Source of the DNA: an uncultured Clostridia bacterium
GTDB taxonomy: Bacteria > Bacillota > Clostridia > Lachnospirales > CAG-274
Direction: 5' to 3'
Assembly: GCA_944376805.1 (NCBI GenBank)
Contig: CALWDX010000062.1
Location: 5,542-69,541 of the forward strand
Length of the DNA stretch: 64,000 nt
This document shows positions 9,228 to 19,342 of the stretch, piece by piece. A program made the position numbers and the translations under genes. The number at the start of each line of letters is the position of its first letter. Position 1 is the first letter of the stretch. Under the pieces are notes generated by a model that worked only from the letters and a program-made list of their open reading frames with translations, was not told where the DNA came from and made no database searches.

Positions 9228-9881
9228 ATGAGCTATAAAAATGAATTTATAAAATTTATGTGTGATTCAGGAGTTTTAACTTTTGGTGATTTTGTAACTA
9301 AAAGTGGAAGAAATACACCTTATTTCATTAATACAGGAAATTATAATACAGGCGAACAAATAAATAAATTAGGTTATTTTTATGCAAAGTGTATGGAACA
9401 AAATAGTATAAATAGTAATGTTTTATTTGGACCTGCTTATAAAGGTATACCACTTTGTGTAACAGTTGCATCTGCATTATATAAAGATTATAATAAAAAC
9501 TTAAATTATTGTTTTAATAGAAAAGAAGCTAAAGACCACGGAGAAGGGGGTGTTATGGTAGGTTATAAACTTCAAGATGGTGATAAAGTTACAATTATAG
9601 AAGATGTTATTACAGCTGGTACTGCTATAAGAGAAAGTTTACCTATATTAAAAAATGCTGCTAATGTTACAGTAGATTCTGTTATTATATCTGTTGACAG
9701 AATGGAAAAAGGTAATAATGAAAAGTCTGCTATTCAAGAAGTTTATGAAGAATTTGGAATAAAAGTATATCCTATTGTTACAATTATTGATATTATAGAA
9801 GCTATAAAATCTGGGGTTATAGAAGGAGAAGAATATTTAGATAAAATGATAGCTTATAGAGAAAAATATGGCATAAAATAA
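9228..9881 (+). CDS. pyrE: Orotate phosphoribosyltransferase
   Basis: FVTKSGR, FGPAYKGIP, NRKEAKDHGEGG and IEDVITAGTA. Confidence 0.95.
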   Translation: MSYKNEFIKFMCDSGVLTFGDFVTKSGRNTPYFINTGNYNTGEQINKLGYFYAKCMEQNSINSNVLFGPAYKGIPLCVTVASALYKDYNKNLNYCFNRKEAKDHGEGGVMVGYKLQDGDKVTIIEDVITAGTAIRESLPILKNAANVTVDSVIISVDRMEKGNNEKSAIQEVYEEFGIKVYPIVTIIDIIEAIKSGVIEGEEYLDKMIAYREKYGIK

Positions 9882-9965
9882 GATTGTAACATAATTGTAA
9901 TAAATATGTTATTAATTGGAAACATTAAAATTTATAATATATGGTATAATTAATTTATATTACAT

Positions 9966-12002
9966 ATGTTAGGAAAGGAAATGACGTATATGATTAATAA
10001 ACTTAAAAAAATTATAACATCTTTAATATTAGCATTAACTATGATAGTACCAGCATTTACTGTTTTTGGTGCTGACCCTATTTATGTTAAATTAAATGGT
10101 GTACCAATAGCTTATGATGCTAATGATGCAAATCCACAAATTATGAATCAAAGAGCTATGGTACCTTTTAGAAAAACAGCAGAAGTTTTAGGAGCTACTA
10201 TTGAATGGGATAGAGTAACTGAAACAGCTACTTTAAGAAGAGGTGATAGAGTTGTAGTGCATACTATGCGTACTAAAATTATTACTGTAAATGGTACAGC
10301 TTCTACTTTTGATACACCTTCAGCTGTAGTAAAAGACAGAACAATGATGCCTGTTAGAATGCTTAGTGAAGCATTAGGTTATCCTGTAACTTGGGACAAC
10401 AATACAAGGGTAGTAAATATTATTGCAGATAACCCTTCAGTTGTAAGTATTATACCAGAAAAAACAACTCTTAATAGTGGTGAAAAAATTAATATTGCAG
10501 TAACAACAAGTTCAACAACTGACAGAATAAAAATAATAGATATTAATGAAAATAATAGTATTATTGCTGAAGCTAATACATATAGTACAAATGTAGATGG
10601 TACAAGATTATTTTCAGTACCTTGGACACCAAATGTTACAAAAAGTACATTTAAAACTTTAAAAGCTGTACCAGGTAATTTAACAACTTATAATGAAGAT
10701 GTTAGTGCTTATAAAGTTTGTGCTATTAGTGTAAATGCAGACACTACACCTAAACTTATATCTTTTACATCAAATAAAAAAGATGTAGGTAGAGGTGATA
10801 AAATTAAATTAACTGTTGAAGCTAATAATAATACTGATAGAGTAAAAATTGGTACAGATAAAAATGATAAAGTTGTAGAATTAACAAATTATAAATTTAA
10901 AGATAACAATAATAATAATAACAACAACAATAACAATAACAATAATAATATTACTAATAACAATGATAAAATTAGAGTTTTTGAAGCAGAGTTTACTATG
11001 GAAGATAGAGGCGATGTAGAGTTTAGAGCTTATGTTGGTAATTCAATTAATGGTTATGACACTAATTATGAAAAATTAAAAATAACTGTTGGTGGAACTG
11101 GTAGTGGTGAAAGTTCATCTAATGAAAAACTTAAAATAAAAGATTCATTTATTATTAATGATGATATTTATGTAGATGAAACAATTAAAGTTATTGTTAA
11201 AACAACAACAGATGTTGAAAAAGTTGAAATTTTAGATGAAAATGATAAAGTTGTAGATGATACAAGATATGCTTCTATAAAAAATAATTCAGAACATATT
11301 TGGGAATTAGATATTCCAGTAAAAAATAGTGGTAGAAATAGATTTTATATAGTAGCTTATAATAAAGATAAAGACAAAGTAAAAGAAAGTATAAGTTTTA
11401 GTGCTTCTACATATAGTAGTAGTGATTTAGTAATATTAAATACTGAACAAAGAGATATTGGTGCAGTTTCTGGTGATGATGTTAAATTTATAATTAGAAC
11501 AACAAGCCAAGCTGAATATATAAAAATCTTTAATGGTAGTTCTGAATTATTAAAAGTTGAAAGTTCTTATAGTAATAACAGTTCTACTAAAGAATGGGAA
11601 GCAAGAATAAAAGTAACAACTTCTAATAAAGATAGTTTAAGAGTTGTAGCTTATGATAAAAAGGAAAATCAAACATCTACAAAATTAAATGTATATTTAA
11701 ACATACAAGCAGATGGTAAAATATATGATTTTAATTTAAAAACACAAGAAGTTTATAAAAATGAATATATAAGAGTAGATGTATTTACTAATAAAGCTAT
11801 AACTAAAGTTTGGATAGTAGATGATAACAATGGTAGAGTAGCTTATAGTACTGCTTATGATAGTGTAAGTGGTGATGAGTATACTTGGGAACTTAAATTC
11901 CCAGCAGAAGAAGTTGGAAGCAATATAAGATATACTATTTATGCAGAAGACCAAAATGGTAAGACATATGATGAAACATTTAGAGTTCGTGTAAATAGAT
12001 AA
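9966..12002 (+). CDS. Exported protein: CAO-N domain plus five tandem beta-sandwich (Ig-like) repeats (true start may be 9981 or 9990)
   Basis: Signal peptide ending VFG-A. RAMVPFRKTAEVLGA and RTMMPVRMLSEALG are CAO-N motifs. Five roughly 95-aa beta-rich repeats follow. Confidence 0.75.
   Translation: MLGKEMTYMINKLKKIITSLILALTMIVPAFTVFGADPIYVKLNGVPIAYDANDANPQIMNQRAMVPFRKTAEVLGATIEWDRVTETATLRRGDRVVVHTMRTKIITVNGTASTFDTPSAVVKDRTMMPVRMLSEALGYPVTWDNNTRVVNIIADNPSVVSIIPEKTTLNSGEKINIAVTTSSTTDRIKIIDINENNSIIAEANTYSTNVDGTRLFSVPWTPNVTKSTFKTLKAVPGNLTTYNEDVSAYKVCAISVNADTTPKLISFTSNKKDVGRGDKIKLTVEANNNTDRVKIGTDKNDKVVELTNYKFKDNNNNNNNNNNNNNNNITNNNDKIRVFEAEFTMEDRGDVEFRAYVGNSINGYDTNYEKLKITVGGTGSGESSSNEKLKIKDSFIINDDIYVDETIKVIVKTTTDVEKVEILDENDKVVDDTRYASIKNNSEHIWELDIPVKNSGRNRFYIVAYNKDKDKVKESISFSASTYSSSDLVILNTEQRDIGAVSGDDVKFIIRTTSQAEYIKIFNGSSELLKVESSYSNNSSTKEWEARIKVTTSNKDSLRVVAYDKKENQTSTKLNVYLNIQADGKIYDFNLKTQEVYKNEYIRVDVFTNKAITKVWIVDDNNGRVAYSTAYDSVSGDEYTWELKFPAEEVGSNIRYTIYAEDQNGKTYDETFRVRVNR
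10905..10949 (+). repeat. (AAY)15 trinucleotide tract encoding 15 consecutive Asn
   Basis: AAC/AAT codons counted directly. Confidence 0.95.
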
Positions 12003-12025
12003 TATTTCACTATATAACTATAAAA

Positions 12026-12060
12026 ATAATTTAGCCCACCTAAAAGGTGGGTTAAATTAT
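12026..12060 (+). terminator. Long hairpin (probable terminator or processing site) before pncB
   Basis: ATAATTTAGCCCACCT-AAA-AGGTGGGTTAAATTAT. Confidence 0.6.
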
Positions 12061-12074
12061 ATATGGAGGATACA

Positions 12075-13526
12075 ATGGATAATAATTTAACACTTATGAC
12101 AGACCTTTATCAATTAACAATGATGCAAGGTTATTTTGAATCTAATATGCATAATAAAAAAGCTGTTTTTGATATGTTTTATAGAAAAAATCCAAGTAAT
12201 AATGGTTATGCAATAACTTGTGGACTAGAGCAAGTAGTAGATTATATAAAAAATATAAAATTTGATGATAATACTATAAATTACTTAAAAAGTCTTAATA
12301 TTTTTAAAGAAAATTTTTTAGAATATTTAAAAGACTTTAGATTTACAGGAGACATTTATGCTATACCAGAAGGTACAGTAGTTTTCCCTGGAGAGCCTTT
12401 AGTAAGAGTAAAATCGACTATAATAGAGGCACAATTTATAGAAACAACAATACTTAATATAATAAATCACCAAAGCCTTATTGCTACAAAAGCAGCTAGG
12501 GTTAAATGGGCAGCAGAAGGTGATGTAGTTATGGAGTTTGGTTTAAGAAGAGCTCAAGGACCAGATGCTGGAATTTATGGCGCTAGAGCAGCAGTAATAG
12601 GTGGTTGTAATTCTACTAGTAATGTACTTGCTGGTAAAATGTTTAATATACCTATATCTGGAACACATGCTCATAGTTGGATAATGAGTTTTAAAGATGA
12701 ATTAACAGCTTTTAGAGCTTATGCAAATATTTTTCCTAATAGATGTGTTCTTTTAGTAGATACATATGATACTTTAAAAAGTGGTGTACCTAACGCTATA
12801 AAAGTATTTAAAGAAATGAAAGAAAAAGGAATTGAACTTAAAAATTATGGTATACGTTTAGATAGTGGAGATTTAGCTTATATTTCAGATAAAGCTAGAA
12901 CTATGCTAGATGAATCAGGGTTTAGAGATGCTAGTATAGCAGCTTCTAGTGATTTAGATGAAAGTATTATTTCTTCTTTAAAACAACAAGGTACTAAAAT
13001 AAATGTTTGGGGTGTTGGTACAAATCTTATAACTTCTAGTGATTGTCCAGCTTTTGGTGGTGTTTATAAACTTTGTGCAGAAGAAGTTAATGGAGAAATG
13101 TTGCCAAAAATTAAACTTTCAGAAAATCCAGATAAAGTTACAAATCCAGGAGTAAAGAAAATAGTTAGACTTTATGATAAAGCTACTAATAAAATTAAAG
13201 CAGATTTAATTTGTCTTGAAGATGAAATATTAAATGAAGATGAAGATTTAACAATTTTCCATCCAATAAATACTTGGAAAACAATGACTTTAAAAGGAAA
13301 AGAATATTATACAAAAGAACTTTTACAACCTGTATTTATAAATGGTGAATGTATTTTTGAAAAAAGAGAAACTATGGAAATAAAAGAATATTGTGAAAAA
13401 GAAAAAGATAGTCTTTGGAATGAACATAAACGACTTATAAATCCTCATATTTTACCAGTAGATTTATCTTTAAAACTTTATAATCTTAAGAAAGATATGA
13501 TTGATAATATAAGAAAAAATAAGTAA
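12075..13526 (+). CDS. pncB: Nicotinate phosphoribosyltransferase
   Basis: TDLYQLTM, EFGLRRAQG, GTHAHSW, VDTYD and RLDSGD. Start set at ATG 12075 behind GGAGGA. Confidence 0.95.
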   Translation: MDNNLTLMTDLYQLTMMQGYFESNMHNKKAVFDMFYRKNPSNNGYAITCGLEQVVDYIKNIKFDDNTINYLKSLNIFKENFLEYLKDFRFTGDIYAIPEGTVVFPGEPLVRVKSTIIEAQFIETTILNIINHQSLIATKAARVKWAAEGDVVMEFGLRRAQGPDAGIYGARAAVIGGCNSTSNVLAGKMFNIPISGTHAHSWIMSFKDELTAFRAYANIFPNRCVLLVDTYDTLKSGVPNAIKVFKEMKEKGIELKNYGIRLDSGDLAYISDKARTMLDESGFRDASIAASSDLDESIISSLKQQGTKINVWGVGTNLITSSDCPAFGGVYKLCAEEVNGEMLPKIKLSENPDKVTNPGVKKIVRLYDKATNKIKADLICLEDEILNEDEDLTIFHPINTWKTMTLKGKEYYTKELLQPVFINGECIFEKRETMEIKEYCEKEKDSLWNEHKRLINPHILPVDLSLKLYNLKKDMIDNIRKNK

Positions 13527-13536
13527 TAATATTTTA

Positions 13537-13557
13537 GGTGTAGATATTGTCTACACC
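13537..13557 (+). terminator. Terminator after pncB
   Basis: GGTGTAGATA-T-TGTCTACACC followed by a T-tract. Confidence 0.65.
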
Positions 13558-13585
13558 ATTTTTAAATAGAAAATATTTTATAAAT

Positions 13586-13615
13586 GTATATAATAGAAAA
13601 ATATGGTAATAATTA
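13586..13615 (+). promoter_or_regulatory. SigmaF-like promoter of spoIIR
   Basis: GTATA-14 nt-GGTAATAATTA resembles the sigmaF consensus GYATA-N15-GGNAANANT. spoIIR is a known sigmaF target. Confidence 0.5.
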
Positions 13616-13643
13616 ATATAATTAACTGTAAGGAGAAGACATT

Positions 13644-14303
13644 ATGAATATATTACAAAAAGAAAAAAATATATTATTATTATCAATATTTATAGGTACA
13701 TTTATTACTATAATTTTTATATTAACTACAAAAAGTTATTCTTATAATATACAAAAAGGTATTGCAAATGAAGTTATTAGATTACATGTTTTAGCCAATA
13801 GTGATGAAAATTATGACCAACAACTTAAAATAAAAGTAAAAGATAGTGTAATTAAAATGTTAGAAAATGAATTAAATAATAGTATGTCTAAAGATGAAAC
13901 AAGAATAATATTATTACAAAATTTAAATAAAATAGAACAAAAAGCTAAACAAATAATAGAAGAAAATGGATATAATTATAATGTTATTGCTAAAATAACT
14001 TTTGACTATTTTCCTACAAAACAATATGGTGATATTATTTTACCAGCAGGAGAATATGAAGCATTAAAAATAGAAATAGGTGAAGCAAAAGGCCAAAATT
14101 GGTGGTGTGTTATGTTTCCACCATTATGTTTTATAGATGTAAGTGTAAAAGAAGTACCAAAAGAAGAAAAAGATAAATTAAAAAATATTTTAACAGATAC
14201 AGAATATGATATAATAACAAAAGCTAAAAATAAAAATGATATACCTATAAAGATAAAATTTAAAATAGTTGAAATATGGCAAAATAAATTTTCTGAAAAT
14301 TGA
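13644..14303 (+). CDS. spoIIR: Stage II sporulation protein R
   Basis: IRLHVLANSD, FPTKQYG, LPAGEYEAL and NWWCVMFPPLC. Confidence 0.95.
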   Translation: MNILQKEKNILLLSIFIGTFITIIFILTTKSYSYNIQKGIANEVIRLHVLANSDENYDQQLKIKVKDSVIKMLENELNNSMSKDETRIILLQNLNKIEQKAKQIIEENGYNYNVIAKITFDYFPTKQYGDIILPAGEYEALKIEIGEAKGQNWWCVMFPPLCFIDVSVKEVPKEEKDKLKNILTDTEYDIITKAKNKNDIPIKIKFKIVEIWQNKFSEN

Positions 14304-14334
14304 AATATAAAAAAATAAAAATTTCAAAAATATA

Positions 14335-14433
14335 TTGATTTTTATTAAAAAATATATTAAAATGAATTAAATTTAAAATAAACAATCAAAATTATATAAA
14401 ATAATTGATTTTTTATTAAAAGTATATTAAAAT
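14335..14433 (+). promoter_or_regulatory. Two tandem sigmaA-type promoters upstream of gltB, 70 bp apart
   Basis: TTGATT-17-TAAAAT at 14335-14363 and again at 14405-14433, within near-identical 30-bp direct repeats. Confidence 0.6.
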
Positions 14434-14490
14434 AGTTTTTACAATATTGATTATAAAATAAATTTGTATATATATTAAATAATAGAAAGG

Positions 14491-17400
14491 GTGAAGTTTA
14501 TGCATTATAGCTTACCAAAAAAACAGGGGCTTTATGACCCAAAATTTGAACATGATAACTGTGGTATAGGATTTATTGCTAACATAAAAGGTAAAAAAAG
14601 TCATAATATAATAACAGACGCTATACAAATACTTAAAAATCTTACTCATAGAGGTGGGGTTGGCAGTGAAGAAGATACTGGTGATGGTGCAGGTATTTTA
14701 ACTCAAATACCTCATAAATTTATGGAAAAAGTTTGTAAAGATGAAGGAATAGTTTTACCAAAAGAAAAAGATTATGGTATAGGTATGTTTTTCTGTTCTC
14801 ATAATGAACAAATAAGAAACAATACTATAAACAAACTTAAAACTATAATAGAAGAAGAAAATCAAAATATTTTAGGATTTAGAACAGTACCTACATATAG
14901 TAAATGTGTTGGTAAATCTTCTAAAAATTCTATGCCTTATATTATGCAAGTTTTTATTAAAAAAGAGGATAGTTTAAAAACGGAAGAAGAATTTGAAAGA
15001 AAACTTTTTATAATATCTAAAAGAGCAGAAAAAGAAATTAGATATTGTATAGATAATGACCCTTATTTTTATTTTACTTCATTGTCTTGTAAAACTATTG
15101 TTTATAAAGGTATGCTTACACCTGAACAAGTAGACAGATTTTATATAGATTTATTAGATTTAGATTTTGAAAGTGCATTAGCTTTAGTACATTCAAGATT
15201 TAGTACAAATACATTTCCTAGTTGGGAAAGAGCACACCCTAATAGATACCTTATACATAATGGAGAAATAAATACTATTAGAGGTAATGTAAATTGGATA
15301 AAAGCTCGTGAAAAAACCTTTGAAACAGATGCTTTTTCAAAAGAAGATTTATCTAAAATATTACCAGTTATAAATGAAGATGGTAGCGACTCTGCTATGC
15401 TTGATAATTATATACAAATGCTTACACTTTGTGGATATAGTTTACCTAAAGCTATTATGATGGCTATACCAGAGCCTTGGGAAAATGATGAAAATATGAA
15501 TAAAGCTAAAAGGGATTTTTATGCTTATAATAGTTTAATGGGAGAGGCTTGGGATGGTCCTGCTGCTATTGGCTTTACAGATGGTGATGTAATAGGAGCT
15601 ACACTTGATAGAAATGGATTAAGACCTGCTAGATATTATGTAACAAATGATGATTATGTAATTTTATCATCAGAAGTTGGTGTTTTACCTATAAAAGAAG
15701 AAAATATTATAAAAAAAGATAGACTTACACCAGGTAAAATGTTACTTATTGATACTAAAGAAGGTAAAATTATTGAAGATGCTGAAATAAAAGAAAAAAT
15801 ATCTAATAAAAACCCTTATGGACAATGGCTTAATGAAAATCTTATTTGTTTAGATAGTTTAAATAGTGGAGAAATTGAGGAAAAAGAAACCTTAGATTTA
15901 CTTATAAGACAAAAAGCTTTTGGATATGTAAAAGAAGACATTGAACTTACTATAAAAGATATAGTAGAAAAGGGCGAAGACCCAATTGGTGCAATGGGAA
16001 ATGATGCTCCACTTGCAGTATTTTCTGAAAGAAATCAACTTTTATATAATTATTTTAAACAACTTTTTGCACAAGTAACAAATCCACCAATAGATGCAAT
16101 AAGAGAACAAATAGTAACAAGTACTATAACTTATTTAGGTGGGGAAGGTAATTTATTAAAGCCTAATATTAAAAACTGTAAAAGAATAAAACTTGATACA
16201 CCTATACTTACAAATGAACAATTTGCTAAAATAAAAAATCTTAATAGTGAAGATTTTAAAGTTGCTAATATATCAATAGTTTATAATAAAAATGAAAAAA
16301 CTATGAAAGAGGCTATTGATGATATTTTTAATCAAGTAGATGAACAAGTTAAAAATGGTGCTAATATATTAATTTTATCAGATAAAGGTGTAGATAAAGA
16401 AAATATGCCAATACCTTTACTTTTAATATCAGCAGGTGTTCATCACCATTTAATAAATACAGGTAATAGAACTAAAACAAGTATTGTTTTACAATCAGCA
16501 GAACCTAGAGAAGTACACCATTTTGCACTTTTAACTGGTTATGGTGCTAATGCTATAAACCCTTATTTAACTTTTGAAACAATAGAAAATAATTTTGAAG
16601 ATAGTGAAAAAGCTATTAAAACTTATGTAAAAGCAGTTACAAAAGGTATTATAAAAGTAATGTCTAAAATGGGTATATCTACATTACAAAGTTATCAAGG
16701 TGCACAAATATTTGAAGCTCTTGGTATATGTGAAAAAGTTGTAGATAAATTTTTCACTAATACTACAACAAGAATAGGTGGTATAGATTTAGAACATATT
16801 GAAAAAGAGGCTCAATTAAGACATAATGAAGCATTTTCAAGTGATGAAGACTTAACATATGGTGGTGATTATAAATGGCGTAAAGGTGGAGAATACCATA
16901 TGTTTAACCCTCAAACAGTAACACTTTTACAAAAAGCAGTTAGAGAGGGAGATTATAGCATATATAAAGAATATGCAAACCTTATGGATAACCATAATGA
17001 AGGCTTATGTACTATTAGAAGTATGTTAGATGTACGTTTTAATGAAAAGCCTATTAATATAGATGAAGTTGAAAGTGTTGAAAGTATTGTTAAAAGATTT
17101 AAAACAGGTGCTATGAGTTATGGTTCATTAAGTCAAGAAGCACACGAATGTTTAGCAATAGCTATGAATAGATTAGGTGGTAAATCTAATAGTGGTGAAG
17201 GTGGAGAAGTGCCAGAAAGATTTATACCTATGGAAAATGGTGATAGCAAATGTTCAGCTATTAAACAAGTAGCATCAGGACGTTTTGGTGTATCTATAAA
17301 TTATTTACAAAATGCAATTGAAATACAAATAAAAATGGCTCAAGGTGCAAAACCAGGAGAAGGTGGACATTTACCAGGTAAAAAAGTTTATCCTTGGATA

Positions 17401-19026
17401 GCTAAAGCTAGAAATTCTACACCAGGTGTTTCTTTAATATCACCACCACCGCATCACGATATTTACTCAATAGAAGATTTAGCTCAACTTATACATGATT
17501 TAAAAAATGCTAATAGAAATGCTAGAATAAGTGTAAAATTAGTTAGTGAAGCAGGTGTTGGTACTATTGCTGTTGGTGTTGCAAAAAGTCTTGCAGATGT
17601 TATACTAATAAGTGGTTATGATGGTGGTACAGGTGCTGCTCCTAGAACAAGTATAAGACACGCAGGGCTTCCTTGGGAGCTTGGGCTTAGCGAAACACAT
17701 CAAACTTTATTATTAAATAACCTTAGAAATAAAGTTGTTTTAGAAGCAGATGGAAAAATGCTTACAGGTAGAGATGTTTTAGTATCTTGTTTACTTGGTG
17801 CAGAAGAATTTGGATTTTCTACAGCACCATTAATTGCAATAGGTTGTGCAATGCTCAGAGTTTGTCATATGGATACTTGTGCAGTAGGGGTGGCTACACA
17901 AAATCCTGAACTTAGAAAAAGATTTAAAGGTAAACCAGAACACGTTGAAAACTTTATGAAGTTTGTTGCTATGGATTTAAGAGAACAAATGGCTAAATTA
18001 GGTTTTAGAACTATTGAAGAAATGGTTGGTCGTGTAGAAAAATTAGTACCTAAAAAAGTTGACAATTACAAAGCTAAAACAGTTGATTTATCTAGCATTT
18101 TATATCAACCAAAAGGTAGTGTATCTGATAAAGAAAGATTTTTCAATATTCCACAAAATCACAATATAGAAAAATCTTTTGATTATAATACATTATTAAA
18201 ATTATGCGAACCTGCTATATATGAAGATAAAAAAGTTAATGCTAGATTTAGTATAACAAATATTAATCGTGTTTGTGGTACAATTTTATCTAGTGATATA
18301 GCAAAAGTAAAAGGTGATAAAGGATTAAAAGATGATACTATTAACCTTACTTTTGAAGGTTCTGCAGGACAAAGTTTTGGAGCATTTTTATCAAGTGGTA
18401 TTACAATGAAAGTTTTAGGAGATTGTAATGACTATGTGGGTAAAGGGCTTAGTGGTGGTAAAATTATAGTTACACCAAGTGAAAAAAGTAATCTTATACC
18501 TGAAGAAAATGTTATTATTGGTAATGTTGCTTTATTTGGAGCTATAAAAGGTGAAGCTTATATTAATGGTATAGCTGGTGAACGTTTCTGTGTAAGAAAT
18601 AGTGGTGCTACTGCTGTTGTTGAAGGTATAGGCGAACACGGACTTGAGTATATGACAGGTGGAAAAGTTTTAATAATTGGTAAAACTGGTAGAAACTTTG
18701 GTGCAGGTATGAGTGGTGGTATGGCTTATGTTTATAATGAAGATGGAAAATTTGAAAATAAATGTAATATGGAACTTATTATTTTAGAACAATTAAATAA
18801 TGAAGATAAAGAAGATTTAAAACAAATGCTACAAAATCATTATAAATATACAAATAGTCAAAAAGCTAAAAATATGTTAAATAATTTTGATATAGAAATT
18901 AATAAATTTATAAAAGTTATACCTAAAGCCTATAAAGAAGTTATAGAACAAATAAAACTTGCTAAAGAAGAAGGCTTGTCTGATGATGATGCTATGATGA
19001 AAGCATTTCAAAGTGCTATAAAGTAA
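14491..19026 (+). CDS. gltB: Glutamate synthase large subunit (start may be ATG 14500)
   Basis: HDNCGIGF catalytic Cys, HSRFSTNT, AMSYGSLS, KMAQGAKPGEGG and CAMLRVCHMDTC. Confidence 0.97.
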   Translation: MKFMHYSLPKKQGLYDPKFEHDNCGIGFIANIKGKKSHNIITDAIQILKNLTHRGGVGSEEDTGDGAGILTQIPHKFMEKVCKDEGIVLPKEKDYGIGMFFCSHNEQIRNNTINKLKTIIEEENQNILGFRTVPTYSKCVGKSSKNSMPYIMQVFIKKEDSLKTEEEFERKLFIISKRAEKEIRYCIDNDPYFYFTSLSCKTIVYKGMLTPEQVDRFYIDLLDLDFESALALVHSRFSTNTFPSWERAHPNRYLIHNGEINTIRGNVNWIKAREKTFETDAFSKEDLSKILPVINEDGSDSAMLDNYIQMLTLCGYSLPKAIMMAIPEPWENDENMNKAKRDFYAYNSLMGEAWDGPAAIGFTDGDVIGATLDRNGLRPARYYVTNDDYVILSSEVGVLPIKEENIIKKDRLTPGKMLLIDTKEGKIIEDAEIKEKISNKNPYGQWLNENLICLDSLNSGEIEEKETLDLLIRQKAFGYVKEDIELTIKDIVEKGEDPIGAMGNDAPLAVFSERNQLLYNYFKQLFAQVTNPPIDAIREQIVTSTITYLGGEGNLLKPNIKNCKRIKLDTPILTNEQFAKIKNLNSEDFKVANISIVYNKNEKTMKEAIDDIFNQVDEQVKNGANILILSDKGVDKENMPIPLLLISAGVHHHLINTGNRTKTSIVLQSAEPREVHHFALLTGYGANAINPYLTFETIENNFEDSEKAIKTYVKAVTKGIIKVMSKMGISTLQSYQGAQIFEALGICEKVVDKFFTNTTTRIGGIDLEHIEKEAQLRHNEAFSSDEDLTYGGDYKWRKGGEYHMFNPQTVTLLQKAVREGDYSIYKEYANLMDNHNEGLCTIRSMLDVRFNEKPINIDEVESVESIVKRFKTGAMSYGSLSQEAHECLAIAMNRLGGKSNSGEGGEVPERFIPMENGDSKCSAIKQVASGRFGVSINYLQNAIEIQIKMAQGAKPGEGGHLPGKKVYPWIAKARNSTPGVSLISPPPHHDIYSIEDLAQLIHDLKNANRNARISVKLVSEAGVGTIAVGVAKSLADVILISGYDGGTGAAPRTSIRHAGLPWELGLSETHQTLLLNNLRNKVVLEADGKMLTGRDVLVSCLLGAEEFGFSTAPLIAIGCAMLRVCHMDTCAVGVATQNPELRKRFKGKPEHVENFMKFVAMDLREQMAKLGFRTIEEMVGRVEKLVPKKVDNYKAKTVDLSSILYQPKGSVSDKERFFNIPQNHNIEKSFDYNTLLKLCEPAIYEDKKVNARFSITNINRVCGTILSSDIAKVKGDKGLKDDTINLTFEGSAGQSFGAFLSSGITMKVLGDCNDYVGKGLSGGKIIVTPSEKSNLIPEENVIIGNVALFGAIKGEAYINGIAGERFCVRNSGATAVVEGIGEHGLEYMTGGKVLIIGKTGRNFGAGMSGGMAYVYNEDGKFENKCNMELIILEQLNNEDKEDLKQMLQNHYKYTNSQKAKNMLNNFDIEINKFIKVIPKAYKEVIEQIKLAKEEGLSDDDAMMKAFQSAIK

Positions 19027-19032
19027 TTTAGT

Positions 19033-19080
19033 AAAAAACAACAAAAATACTTTATTAATTAGTGTTTTTGTTGTTTTTTT
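19033..19080 (+). terminator. Terminator immediately after gltB
   Basis: AAAAAACAACAAAAATACT...AGTGTTTTTGTTGTTTTTT. Confidence 0.7.
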
Positions 19081-19122
19081 TATTAATTTGTGATAATATT
19101 ATATTAAAAATTTATATAGTAT

Positions 19123-19311
19123 GAAATATTATAAGAAATAAATGGTAAAATATTATTTGATTTATTTATAAATTTTTATGCTTTAGAGTATCTGTTTTGA
19201 GAAATAAAAGTTTTTTTAGATAATGAAGATTATCCAGGGTGTTGTTGTTGATATGTTAGACTTGATGAAGATTTATCATTTTATCCAATAGAATGTTATT
19301 TTGATGATTAA
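19123..19311 (+). pseudogene. Decayed coding remnant of unknown family
   Basis: One frame reads EIL*EINGKILFDLFINFYALEYLF*EIKVFLDNEDYPGCCC*YVRLDEDLSFYPIECYFDD*. It has coding-like composition with three internal stops and no start or RBS. Confidence 0.45.
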
Positions 19312-19342
19312 AATTATAAATATAATAAAAGAGGTTTAAAAA

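Noticed and set aside
19198-19251. In-frame TGA codons (one after CCC-coding) as selenocysteine or genetic-code reassignment
   Set aside because: The same frame also has an internal TAA and no start. spoIIR ends at TGA and Trp is TGG throughout, so pseudogenisation is simpler.
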